Source: Octopus sinensis (taxonomy: Eukaryota). Taken from it: a stretch of 64,000 nucleotides of DNA. The translations under genes and the position numbers were made by a program. The stretch is from contig NC_043007.1 of assembly GCF_006345805.1 (NCBI RefSeq), positions 6,386,001 through 6,450,000 on the forward strand, in the 5' to 3' direction. Under the pieces are notes generated by a model, which was not told the DNA's origin, made no database searches, and saw only the letters and a program-made list of their open reading frames with translations. Shown in pieces: positions 42,580-54,717 of the stretch (position 1 is its first letter; each line of letters starts with the position of its first letter).

Positions 42580-44387
42580 TGGGGTGGAGCGAAAAATGCA
42601 ACTTTCAAAATTGGTAACCAACAATTGATATGTTTTGCGAATTCGGGTTAAAAGAAAGGTATATAAAGAAATTTGTGGTTAAATATTTTTCCAGACTCCG
42701 TAAAGCAAATGAAAATTTTAATAAATCGCTATTTTGGGCCAAATTTTAAATTCATGGATTATAAGTCGTAACCAATACATATTTCTGCATAGAAGAATTC
42801 AAAGCAGTAAACATAATCTGCTTAGGAGATTGCGTACCAAGTTTCGATATAAAATTAACTAATATGTTCAGATTCTGCATTGACTATAAAGACAACGGGG
42901 GTGTGAACTTGCCTCCAGTGGCACTAAAACGGTCATTGCGTGTGTAGGTACGTCGTGCGTGTATGGAGCTTTCTGCTTTGTACTTTGACTTTAGTCCATT
43001 GTATTAAAATTTATGATCGTGTTAAATTTAGAGTTGTTTACATTTAACAATGAAACATAAACCAATAATGCGTCATGATACCGAATGCCCAAACTTGGTA
43101 CACCATGTGATATCAGCGAGCGAGTTTTAAGGACGTACTAAAATGCGTTTTATTCGAACGAGCAAAAGAAAAGAATGTACTTAAGAAGATCCTTCAATTA
43201 AACAAATTGTCAAGATTGTTGCAGGAAAGACAATTCTTCTTTGGCAAAAGGCATCCATTCCTTTGTTTTACGATTGAGTCAGTTAAACCGAAAATCTAAC
43301 ATTTCCATCTAAAGTACCAAACATGACTAAAATCTGTGAAAAATAGAAAAAAGGTGCCATCGTTTCAAACAAAGTGTTATGCGTTTAAAAACAATGCAGC
43401 AAAATATTTATTTGACATTTCCTGTTGCAAGTGCAACCCCTTTAAAAACTGCAGTTTTTGCAGTAGAGACAAAAGTACCCCAGAGAGAACAAGAGTTTTT
43501 ACAGGATCATTGGACAAATCGATAAATGATCATTGGTGGAATAGATCAAGCAGTATCAAACAGAACGTTCAGAGGTTAATTAGACAGAATCGGTCGGATC
43601 ACTGTCACCCTTCTATTTCAGTATTGATAGCGTTTTCATCAACCAGTGATTCTGGAGATGGATCAGCAGGCGTAGATGAAGATTTTCCAATTTCGTTTTC
43701 CATGAATCGAAAAGACGTTAGCAAAAACAGAAGTTCAAAATAACCAATGAAAGGAATGAAATTCGCAGAACTGGCTTCTGCCTGTGACTGCACCGGTGTG
43801 TCAGATAGTGCTGCTGCTCATCTTACTAATTCGGTCATCAGCGACTTCACGGCATGTACATCTGGTGAATATTCTTTTGTTATAGACAGATCAAAGGGAA
43901 GGTGAGGACGATCCAGAAAGCTTAAATCCCTGCAGCAGGTAGGTAGGCCACAGAAACCATCGTCTGCCGTGAATGTTGATAGAAGGAAGGATACAACCTT
44001 CAATAGTGAACTAAGAGGATAAACATTTCGTATTCAAGATAACAAAGTCGTGAAGTCTATTTATTTCACATAATTTCGAAATTTGAAGTGCGTTGCGAAA
44101 CCTGAAGATATAAATTTTGGTGTCTCAGATTTTAACCGTTTTATTCTTAAAGGATTTCACAAAAGAAAATCGTTGTCAAAGGTAAAATGAAGAACGGCAA
44201 GCAAGTTATAAATTGAGTTTTCCGCTCATTATTCAAACTCTCAGCTGGGCTGCGAAGCCTCAAGATGTAAGATTAATAACTTCTGATTTTAATACGGTTG
44301 TTGTTAACAAATGTCGATATCAAACACATATTCTGGAAAACATATTTCGTAAATCTGTGTCAAAAGTACCTTTTTCGCTCCATTCTA
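42580..44387 (+). mobile_element. hATm-like DNA transposon, internally deleted
   Basis: TIRs TGGGGTGGAGCGAAAAA / TTTTTCGCTCCATTCTA with imperfect 8-bp flanks ATGTACAT/ATGTAAAA. Fragments read LFDISCCKC, KVPQREQEFL, MIIGGID and LASACDCTGVSDSAAA..VIDRSK. Clade assignment is from recall. Confidence 0.7.
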
Positions 44388-44999
44388 ATGTAAAAACATA
44401 CACACGCACTCACGTACATATATTCACACATATAAACACATACACATATGTATATACATGCATATCTACGTCACGATTACGTTGCTTATTCATTGATCTG
44501 GACTTTTTTCTATCATATTCTAATTACAAGTTATTTTCTAATTCATAGTCTTCAAACATCTTATTTGGCATCATTCCACAATATACTTCTTTCTTCTTTC
44601 CTTTTATCTCTATTTCTTCTTTTATCTTGTCATTATTTTCCTTATTTTATTTCATATCAGTAATCAAATTTTATTGTATTTCTTTCCAACGTTAATTTAT
44701 TTTGAATTATATTTTTCTGAAGTATTGTTTTTCCTAATATGTTTGAAGTACACCCCTCAATAAACCCCTTCACATTTCTTCCTCTCTCTCCTCTCAGTGT
44801 TCTGTATACGTACAATTCAACTGTTTTGCTATAGGTTTTGGTATAAAAATGCTAAAATGTCTGTATGTTGGTAAAAATTATGTGTATGTGTGTGTGTAAT
44901 AATGTAATCATATATTTGCGTATACTTAAATTCTCAGTTGCCCGTGTTTGTGAATGTATGTGTATATATGTAAGTATGTATGTATACACAGATAGATTT

Positions 45000-45780
45000 G
45001 TTGGTATGGCACATCACTCACCTTAACCAGTCGCAACAATGATGACAAGATGCAACCACTCAGTTAACACCTCAGCTAAAAGTTGAAGTCAGGTATCTGG
45101 CATAATTACTGGCCATCACCTTCTCTCGCCCAGATAGGGCGAGAGAAGGTGGCGGCCTTAAAACTACAGATTCACTTTTCCCATTCTGCTTGGAAGTTTC
45201 GGAACATATTTCCTAAGAGATACCCGCAGAAATATGGCTTATCAAGATAAGACTCGTAGGGCAGACAATCCAGTACTTGTAACTTTCACGTCGTGCAGCT
45301 AGCTATCACTTTATTTCAAAAGGTTTTACCGGCCTTTCGCAAAACTTGGCATGTTTATCCAGGAGCTGAGGCATAACGTCGACGCAGGCAGCAAACCCAC
45401 CTCCATCCCAGATCTTCTGACCGCTGAGAAAAGAGCCTCTGAAAAGCCGCACACATCTGTTTGGGGAAGAGTAACACACCCCACTCCACCCGATCCGCCA
45501 AATGCTAAACTGCTGCTTTCTTCTCATGCTGTAACTCTGCTCTCTGGGTCCATCGAGGGGCCTTCGTTCCGTCAGGTCTTAGAACACTTGCCCTAGGTTT
45601 CCTCTGCGCTTTTAATGGATTCGTAACCAATCCGTCTCTAATCTAGAATTCTCCATAATTGTATCCTTACTGAACCTAATAATCTCTAATCTAAAACCCT
45701 TTCTCAGGGCTACTCCCCAATCGGTTGTTGACGAACAGTCAAGTCAAACCTCGTTTAACTCTTTTAACCGGTTTATTTCT
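45000..45780 (-). mobile_element. Tx1/L1-clade LINE ORF2 linker and RT-start relic
   Basis: RCVRLFRGS..MPQLLDKHAKFCERPVKPFEI followed by LDCLPYESYL..LLGNMFRNFQ, matching PGLDGLPYE. Confidence 0.7.
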
Positions 45781-48761
45781 AAAAAGTTGGAATGTTGGGA
45801 AAGACGCCTTCACTGTTCAGTAATTGGTTCCTCGCCCATGCGAGTAACGAATACTTATTTCATTGACCCCGAAAGAAGAAAAGAGAAAGTCAACCTGGGC
45901 GGCATTTGAGCTCAGAATGTAAAGGCGGACGCTAAGCAGCCAAGCATCTTGACCGGTGTGCCAACGATTATGACAGCTTACCACCTTAATGCTATGGTGT
46001 CAATCAAGATGAGAAGGCTTTCATGTACAAGGTTGCATTAACAGAAAGAGCGATTGCACAAGATATTATCTGATTGATAGATTCGCAATATCAGCTATCT
46101 TATCGATTTGCGGCTGGATTGCTCTGTCATATGAAATAATTTGCAACAATAATTCTTTAAAAACAATGAAAAATATTTTCCTGATATTGAGAGATAAGCC
46201 TTTCCATATCCGATTCTTTATCTCAGAACGTATGAAGCAAATTCATGACACTTTTCCCAATCGGCAATTCTCTGTTTGATCCTATCCCCCAGCAGTGTTG
46301 AGAGATTTGAAGTTATGGCTATTTTGTTAGATGACAAGATTATATGCGCTTATCATAATGAAAAAGCAAAACATTTATTAATTTATGGTTGACTTGTGAA
46401 TTACATGCAGTTACAACGGACACATACCATTCCTGGTAGCAAGATGTATTACACCGCGTCGCAATGTAGTTGCCGATAATCTAACATAGAATTCAGGGAT
46501 GAAGAGGGAATGAAATATTATTACGCAGTTGGTATTAATATCAGTTTTCTGTTGCTTCTAACTCTTAATACATTTTATTGGTCTGCTTAATGCTTTTACG
46601 TTGTGTAACTCCTTCTATTGGTTATTTCCCGAAAGAATTGCTTTTGTGTTTATTTTAAGATTTCTATGAGTGGATTAGCAAAATATCTCTTGAGGAACTC
46701 TTACTAAAATACAGGATTTATAGCTGAGACACACAGGTCTCAGATATCCGTTCTGCTTCTATCTGGGCAAGTTCCTGGATGTGGAGCAGTTCCACTCTAC
46801 AAGAAATGACAAAACTGGGCAATAAGCAAGAAATTGCAATATTGACTTCAACTACTTCCATGGCATGTTAAGAAAAACTATTCACTCCTTCGCGCTCTCA
46901 CATCCGCATCCATGAGATGATATCTGACCTTCAGATCGAATGAGAGAAGAAATTGATTTTTTATAAAATTGCTGAGATATTTGATTAACTGATACACAAC
47001 GAATTCTGGTTCAATATGTCACAATTATAAAGTGTTTTTTTTTTGTCTCAGTAAGTTCATATATATTTGTCTCGTGCGTGCACACATTTTTGTTTTACAT
47101 AAATCAAAAGGAAAGTTAATGAGCGATAACTGTTGAACGAATATAAATTTTTGTTATGTGTGAAATCCATAAATTACTGTTGGTTGGTTACACAAAGATT
47201 TATTACATTTATATCTGATCTCCAGACTTTGATAAACTCGTTATTGTCTCTGCCAACAATGATGAAACAGTAATGTGTAATAAAATATGCTATAAAACGA
47301 CTTTTTATTATTAGTTTCAACTAAATTTTCTTTCTCTTCATGAAAGAACTGGATAATTTTGAATCGAATCTCACTCTGAGTAAAGACTAGAAACTAGTTT
47401 CGATTTCAGGCAAATATCATTTATCACGTGACTCTTTCACGGTTATGAAAATGAGACTATATGCCCACATAAGACATAAAATTCACTTTTCAGTAGATAT
47501 TAAGAGTCTAACAGTTCCTTCTACCACCAATTCTGTTATTCAAATAATTGCTATTGTTGATGTGCTTTCGTCAACTTTCAACCCTGAGATATTACACATG
47601 TAATCAAACACGTTTCTGATATGTCTATCCCATTTTGTTGAGCAATAGAGTAAGCCAAAACTGCATTATATAAAGTCTTTTTTTTCCATGGTGGAAGAGT
47701 AAAATTTAATGAAGATTGCTCGCCACATGAAATAAGTTGAGCGGTCACGTGTTATGTTGGATTCTACCAAAACCTGAAGACTGGTTGATTACATTTCAGT
47801 TTAACGAAATATATCACCGAAATCTATATGCATATCTCTCTAGCCTGACCAATATACAATTAGAACAGACAAGGTCAACGCAAATGCCATTCCTCACTAT
47901 CATACACTCAACACAACCGAATCCACACAACCTCGAAATAGCCAAAACGCTTCACAATCCGTAGAAAATATTTCACATTACAACTACTGACTTTGCTAAC
48001 AACTCACATAAACCCTGAATGAAATACACTTTTACACTTTTCCATGGCTGCTGTTGCTGAGACATATAATACAGTGATGCTACGCTGCATCCAAAGAAAT
48101 GATATTTGACATGAAACATATTTAGACCTCTAGAGCTTAGAAATGTCCTATACTCTCTCTCTCTCTCTCTGTTTTCTATTGTAATAATGTCGCTACTACT
48201 TCCACTGAGTTAACCTCGATTGATTTATTGTTCTTTCTCACCCTTAGGTATTCGCTGCACAGAGAGGGCGAGAAAAGGAAGTGAAGGAAGAAGTTACTTC
48301 CTTCTTCTTCATACTTTCTACTCTGGATGTAAGATGACAGGAAGAACCTCGTAAACAGGGTAAACAGATAACCTGCTATAATGAATAACTTCTCGCCACT
48401 GCTAAAGAAATGCCGTTCTTGCTTCCCAGCATGCTTAATGGAAGTTGCATGCATGCTTATAAGCACACACATGTACATGCCTTCATATACGCACACATGT
48501 ATATGCGTATGTGCGTGTTTGTGTGTGTCTGAGTGTGTGTGTCTGAGTGTGTGTGTCTGAGTGTGTGTGTCTGAGTGTGTGTGTACACGAGTGAGTGAAT
48601 AAATGAAAGAAAAACTCAATCAACACATTTAGTTGGAGTTACATCTATTATTTAAAAGAGTCTCATTCAGTTCCGTGCTACTTCAAGTTTCGCAAACCTC
48701 TGACGTGAGCCCGAATCTCTCTCTCCCCCTCTTTCCCCCTCTCTCTTTCTCTCTCTCTCTC

Positions 48762-48798
<37 letters not shown>

Positions 48799-48974
48799 CC
48801 TACAATTATCCGTCTCTATGTATGTATATATATGGAGAGATAAAGAGAGATAAAGTGATAGATAGATAGAGAGGGAGAGAGAGATGCATAGGTGCATAGT
48901 AGGTAGATAGATATAAATGTATAACTATATATATATCTGTATATCTACACAGACCCCACCACACACATATATAT

Positions 48975-49075
48975 ATATTTAACGCTCGGAAAGTGAGAAA
49001 CACTATTACGTTTCGAGCCTATGTTCTTCGACAGAAAGGAACACAGGAATAAACAGCGAGAGAAAATAGGAAAAG
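48975..49075 (-). mobile_element. Penelope pLTR-like short repeat, family 1, decayed HHR at 49003-49038
   Basis: Reverse complement reads CUUU CUGUCGA A GAAC AUAG GCUC GAAA CGUA AUAG. Confidence 0.6.
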
Positions 49076-49090
49076 GTATAGTGGCTGGCG

Positions 49091-49121
<31 letters not shown>

Positions 49122-49280
49122 GGTATGTAGAAAAATACAACATGGACAAGAACGTATAACTCTTAGAAGACGACACAATAAACACGGACAGGACACTCGA
49201 AACCCTCAGTCTTCAGTCAAGAACCGGATCATCGTAGTAATTTCGGCTGATTAATCTTGAGATTACTAGATCACGGCCAG

Positions 49281-49378
<98 letters not shown>

Positions 49379-49605
49379 AGATTAGGGAATAAATCCAAAC
49401 TTACAGGGAAAAATTAGATTTAGGATTAAATCAAATTTTATAGTATAAATATATTATATTATATAAATTAGAGATAAAACCACTATTAGGCAAATCAAAC
49501 AGTGAAAAACATAAGCCAATACATAAAATTAATTTTAAAATATAAAAGTTAAAAATTAAAAAAATATTTAAATAATTTAAACTTATAAATTTTACATACA
49601 TATAT

Positions 49606-49670
<65 letters not shown>

Positions 49671-49782
49671 ATTTTTATATTTATATATTATTTAATTAAT
49701 TAATTAATTAATTTATTTATTTATTAATTTTTTTTTATAAATATCAAAAGTATTAAAAGTTTAATAAAAGATAAAGAGTAAA

Positions 49783-49878
49783 ACACTACGATCGTTTCAT
49801 GGCTGTACCAATTCGAATAACAATAATTTAAATTCAATTAATAATTCGAGTTATGGTTAAAGTCAATCTTCAGGTTAA
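49783..49878 (-). ncRNA. Long-stem-II hammerhead-like motif
   Basis: Minus strand reads CUGAAGA U UGACU UUAACCA..UCGAAU..AUUCGA..UGGUAC AGCCA U GAAAC GAUC GUA. Stem I is weak. Confidence 0.5.
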
Positions 49879-50842
49879 TTTAAATATTTTAAAAATAATC
49901 AGAAATATTTAAACAATATTTTAAAGATATATATAATATAATAATTTTACTTATAATAAACTCTATTATCAAACTAGAAACTTAAAACTTAACATTTATG
50001 ATTATACCAAAATCGATTATAATGTTAAATATTAATTTTAATTTATAATGTAAGAAACCCACCAATAATCTAATATCGGTAATAGTTTATATCTAATTAC
50101 ATAAATATTTTTTTAAAATGACTATTATATAAAAATTATCAATGAAAATATATAAATGTATATAAATATTATAATTAAGATCTAGAATAATCTCTATAAA
50201 TAAATATATATGCACATATAATAAAGACCCAATAAATTAATTTTTCAAAGATGAAATAGCTAATTTCAAAATACAAACAAACAAACTTAAACGAACTTTC
50301 GGAAATCTTATTTAAAATACTCAATTCGTAGTTATATAGTATCGAATAAATACTATAAATATTACAAATATATTTATCAATGGGAATAACTAGCGAATAT
50401 CAATTTAAAAAGACAATAACTAAGTTATGCTATTAAGTTAGACATGGCCTGGACTAATCTTTGGTCAAAACATATCTAAGTTTATCAAAGTTTATCTAAT
50501 TTTACTTATAAGAAATTTAAAACTACAATTAATACTGTTAATACATGTATATACAAAAACCTAACTTTAGACACCTCGTATACTTGCTATCAAACAACAA
50601 ATCTATCGCTAAGTAATATCTTACGAATAAACTTAAATTTAATATCTAATAACATAGAAAATTATGATAATTAGATCATTACATAAACAACGATATTTAC
50701 ATAAGAAAAATATTATTACACCAAAGACTTATAAAATATTTACAATTTAAAGATCTTAAACATAAATAGATACTTATATATTTTTTTTTCAGCTCGGAGC
50801 TCCGGCCATGCTGATGTACCGCCGTCTTGTGCTACACTGTTA

Positions 50843-51060
50843 TTACGAAGAACCTCTTCTAATATGTGGCACTTGGTGAAGAATGGAATTTGATATAGCT
50901 ACTCTCATTTGCACCTCTTGCCGTGAGGTAGGTTCATCTGGGACTCTCGACAGGAATATGTCCAGCTTTGATTTAAAAACTGCTACATCTACTTTGTGCA
51001 AGTTCTTCAGACTCTTTGGGAGAATATTAAAAAGCTGTGGGCGCCGAGGTCGAGTTCGAT
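50843..51060 (-). mobile_element. CR1-clade LINE 3' terminal fragment
   Basis: PQLFNILPKSLKNLHKVDVAVFKSKLDIFLSRVPDEP is a typical CR1 ORF2 C-terminus. Confidence 0.75.
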
Positions 51061-51167
51061 AAATTAAGTACAAGTTGCGTACTGGGGTCAATGTAATCGA
51101 CTCGCTCCCCACCCCCAAAATTTCTATAGAATATTTATATATATTTATACACATATGTGTCTAATAT

Positions 51168-51206
<39 letters not shown>

Positions 51207-51234
51207 GTATATATATATATTATATATAGTAAAT

Positions 51235-51365
51235 CCCAAAAAGAAGAACAACAAACACAAAAAGCAACAAGGCGAGGATGTGGCACATGTTAAGTATTAG
51301 CAGACGCTCAGGGAAGGAAAGAATGATAGTTTAACGTTTCGTGCAACGCTATTCCTCGGAAACAG
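51235..51365 (-). mobile_element. pLTR-like repeat, family 2, with HHR-like motif at 51329-51363
   Basis: Minus strand reads GUUU CCGAGGA A UAGC GUU GCAC GAAA C GUU AAAC; stem I is GUUU/AAAC. Confidence 0.55.
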
Positions 51366-51404
51366 AGTACACGTGTATATGTGTGTACTTTTAACTCCAA
51401 AAGT

Positions 51405-51556
51405 GTATTTCTCTCTCTATTCCTCATGTTCCTTTCTGCTGAAGAGCGTAAGCTCGAATCATAAAAGACTCACCTTCTCAAGCATTAAACCCTAATACAC
51501 CTGTTTGCTGCTTATACACCTACCTTCGTCTTTTGTTTTTCTGCAAATTTCAACTA
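51405..51556 (+). mobile_element. Penelope pLTR-like short repeat, family 1, decayed HHR at 51432-51467
   Basis: CUUU CUGCUGA A GAGC GUAA GCUC GAAU CAUA AAAG; ends in (TA)n. Confidence 0.6.
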
Positions 51557-51680
51557 TATATAGATAGGTAGATAGATAGATAGATAGATACACGTCTGTA
51601 TGTAAATATATGTGTGTGTGTATTTGTGTGTATATATATGTGTGTGTGAGTGCATGTATGCATATATATGTGTGTGTATG

Positions 51681-51800
51681 ATCCTCGGAACTTTCCATGG
51701 AATCCTCGAAATTTTCAAGGAAGACTCATCCTCGGAACTTTCCCGAAATCCTTGGAATTTTCCAGGAAGTCTCAAACTCGGAAGTTTCCAGGAAAGTTTT
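51681..51800. repeat. 47-bp-period minisatellite of five ~20-26-bp subunits
   Basis: ATCCTCGGAACTTTCCATGGA / ATCCTCGAAATTTTCAAGGAAGACTC / ATCCTCGGAACTTTCCCGAA / ATCCTTGGAATTTTCCAGGAAGTCTC / AAACTCGGAAGTTTCCAGGAAAG. Confidence 0.85.
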
Positions 51801-51932
51801 GACAAAATCTCAGTTACAACTATGATGTTGTTGGTAAAACTTTTTCTTTGTCTATTTCCTTATACTCTTGGTGATTTTGGATAAAAAATTAAACAAATGA
51901 GTCCTTCACATTTAACTACATTCTATAATTTT

Positions 51933-52020
51933 ATGCAGCTGAAGATTGCTCTACATTAAAATTGATGTAATATTTGCATTGTACAATTAAATGGAGTCCT
52001 ATAAAACGATCGTACTGTAT
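51933..52020 (+). ncRNA. Decayed long-stem-II hammerhead (family 3)
   Basis: Stem I AUGCAG/CUGUAU; core CUGAAGA; GAAAC mutated to AAAAC; stem III ACGAUCGU followed by A. Confidence 0.5.
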
Positions 52021-52746
52021 TACCTCTGGATATCCTTGTTGCTTATTTTGATTATAATCTATCATCACTATCATTCTCATCATCATCATTTAACGTCTGG
52101 TTTCCCTACATGCACGGGCTGCAGTTTTTGACTGAAAGTGGTAAGCCGGAGAGCTGTACCCGGTTTCAGCCTGATTTACATACACACATACACACACACA
52201 CACATACACACACACACACATACACACACACACACACACACGTATTCGGCATTGATATAAAAGATTGTGGTCAGCCGCACATAACGGCGTTAGATTGGTC
52301 ATATCACTCAGACAGCAGAAGAGAAGGGAAAAAACACGCTGCAGACTTTTGTTCCGGCGTTTTGCGTCCTGTTTTTAATATTGTCTTGATCAACTTTGCC
52401 TTGGAAAAATTAGAGCTTTATATAAGTTTGAATGGTCAGAGGAGTAAGCATCGTCATCATCTTGACAGTTACCATTGGGCCTTTAGGAAGAATATCAAAG
52501 AATTTAAGAACAGACCTTGCAAAACTTGATCTTAATCTAGAAGTACGTGTATTGCAGGAAAACAGTTTTATTAAGTTCATCAAAAGTTATGCAGAAAGTA
52601 TTTAATAAAATAATGAAGATATAAGTGTAGAAAAAGAAACAGACTTTTCTATAGAAGGTTCAGAATGTGCATCATCTTATACTACGGTCTATGGTTCGAT
52701 AAGAAAATAACTAATTCGGCACAAAACCAGATCCGTGAAACAAATA

Positions 52747-52891
<145 letters not shown>

Positions 52892-54384
52892 TAGTATAAT
52901 TATACCTCTAATCTCACAAAGTTGTTCTGATTTTCATGCTCTTTTTTCTAGAAATTATCTGTACAGTCCACGCATACATACACAAGCATAAACTCATATA
53001 TATATATATATATACATGAATGCATAATGTATATCACGCATATATACATATGTATATTCATAAACGTAGATGCGCATACAAATGTGTATGTATGAATACC
53101 TAATCATAAAAGGAATAAGGAGCTCTTTTCTTTTAAGAGCCTAATAGTTTGCATTTTATCCTATAAACTAACTTCAAAGCCAATGATATAAAGTTGATAA
53201 AAGATTTAGCTGGCGAAATTATGCAAAATATATAAACCAACAATGTAAAGATTATATTTGAGTGGTGAAATATGCGAATACGTGATAACGAAAAATACAA
53301 TTATTAAAAAAAAAGAAAAGAACGCTTGTGATGGTGAGGGTAATAAACAGTTAAATTGCTGTTAGATCGAATAGAAAGTGAAACATAATACAGGGTATTA
53401 TATGCTCTTCTAAAGTATCGATTCGGTGCTGTTGAAGGGGAAACATTAAGCAAATAGATCAATAAATATATTCAGGCGCCGCCTCCCACACTCTCACAAA
53501 ACTTTTTTCCATTTCCTTTGAAATGAAAAAGCTTAACTTGTACTGAAGAATTCTACATCAAAAAGAAATTTTTACAAAAGACAATCGGTTAAGTAAATCA
53601 TGGTCTATAAGTGGTGAATACTAATGATGTTGTATATTACATATTTGTTTTTAGTTAAAAAAAAAAACAGTTTGAGTGAGCTGGTTGGATTTCAGTGTGT
53701 CAGATCGAATAGATATATGATTGATTTTGGACAATCTGTGTTAATTGGTCTTTAAAATTTCAAACGAGGCTTACTTTAGATATATGGATTCATGTTTGGA
53801 CGAATAGTTGTCGGTGTGTCCATCCTAGCTGGCAGTTGGGTTTTAAGTAGGATCAAGGTATCGATTGTTTATAGAGTATTATACGAGGCCCAGTGTTTTA
53901 AGGGATTATGAGAAAATGATATTTTAACAAGATGGTCTTCCCCAGTAACTTTAGAACTGGAAACAAAGTGAATTTCTGTCTAGCGAGTTGTGAATAAAAA
54001 CTTACTTGAAAACTTAGTGCTTCTTGAGAGACTGCAACTACAAAGATAAAAAACAAAAAAACAACAACATAATATAGGTTTTTGATACCCCGCACAACTT
54101 TTCGGGTTTTCAAGAGGAAATCGATAACGATTTTAATGCCCCCGAGGCGTCACATCTCACGAGACTTGAACTTGATAAGAGATACGATATTGATTTATTT
54201 CGATTGTAAAAATGTTGAAGGTTGTTGTATATTAGGGATTACAAAAGGGAAAATATACTCTGCATATCTTGAAGCTATTAGCTGATCTAGGGATTTGAAA
54301 TGAGCCACAAAATTCGACATCTCAGCTTGATTTTCAAACATTTTATTAAACTTCCTCTCCTTCTTTTCCACTTATGAGTCTGGC

Positions 54385-54717
54385 ACTGGTATTCCGTCGG
54401 TTACGACGAGGAGGGTCCCAGTTGATTCGATGAACGGAACAGCCTGCACGTGAAATTAACGTGTAAGTGACTGAGCACTCCACAGTCTTATGTGCGCTTA
54501 ACGTAGTCCTCGGGGAAATTCAGCGAGACACAGAAAGGGACAAGGCTGAACTTTTGAAATACAGGTACTACACATACTCATCATTGCCAGCTGAATAGAC
54601 AGGTGAATAAGGTGAAGTAAAGCGTCATGCTCAAGGATACAACGCGTGCCCAGAAACTGAACTCACGACCTTACGATGGAGAGCCTAATACTCTAACCAC
54701 TAAGCCTCGCGCCTTCA
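54385..54717 (-). mobile_element. tRNA-derived SINE (family E)
   Basis: Minus-strand head gaaggcgcgaggcttagtggttagagtattagg..gtaaggtcgtgagttc is tRNA-like; the core partly resembles family D. Confidence 0.7.

Noticed and set aside
46000-47000. Protein-like frames with scattered stops
   Set aside because: Probably an old RTE-like LINE relic, but no diagnostic motif survives, so it was not called.
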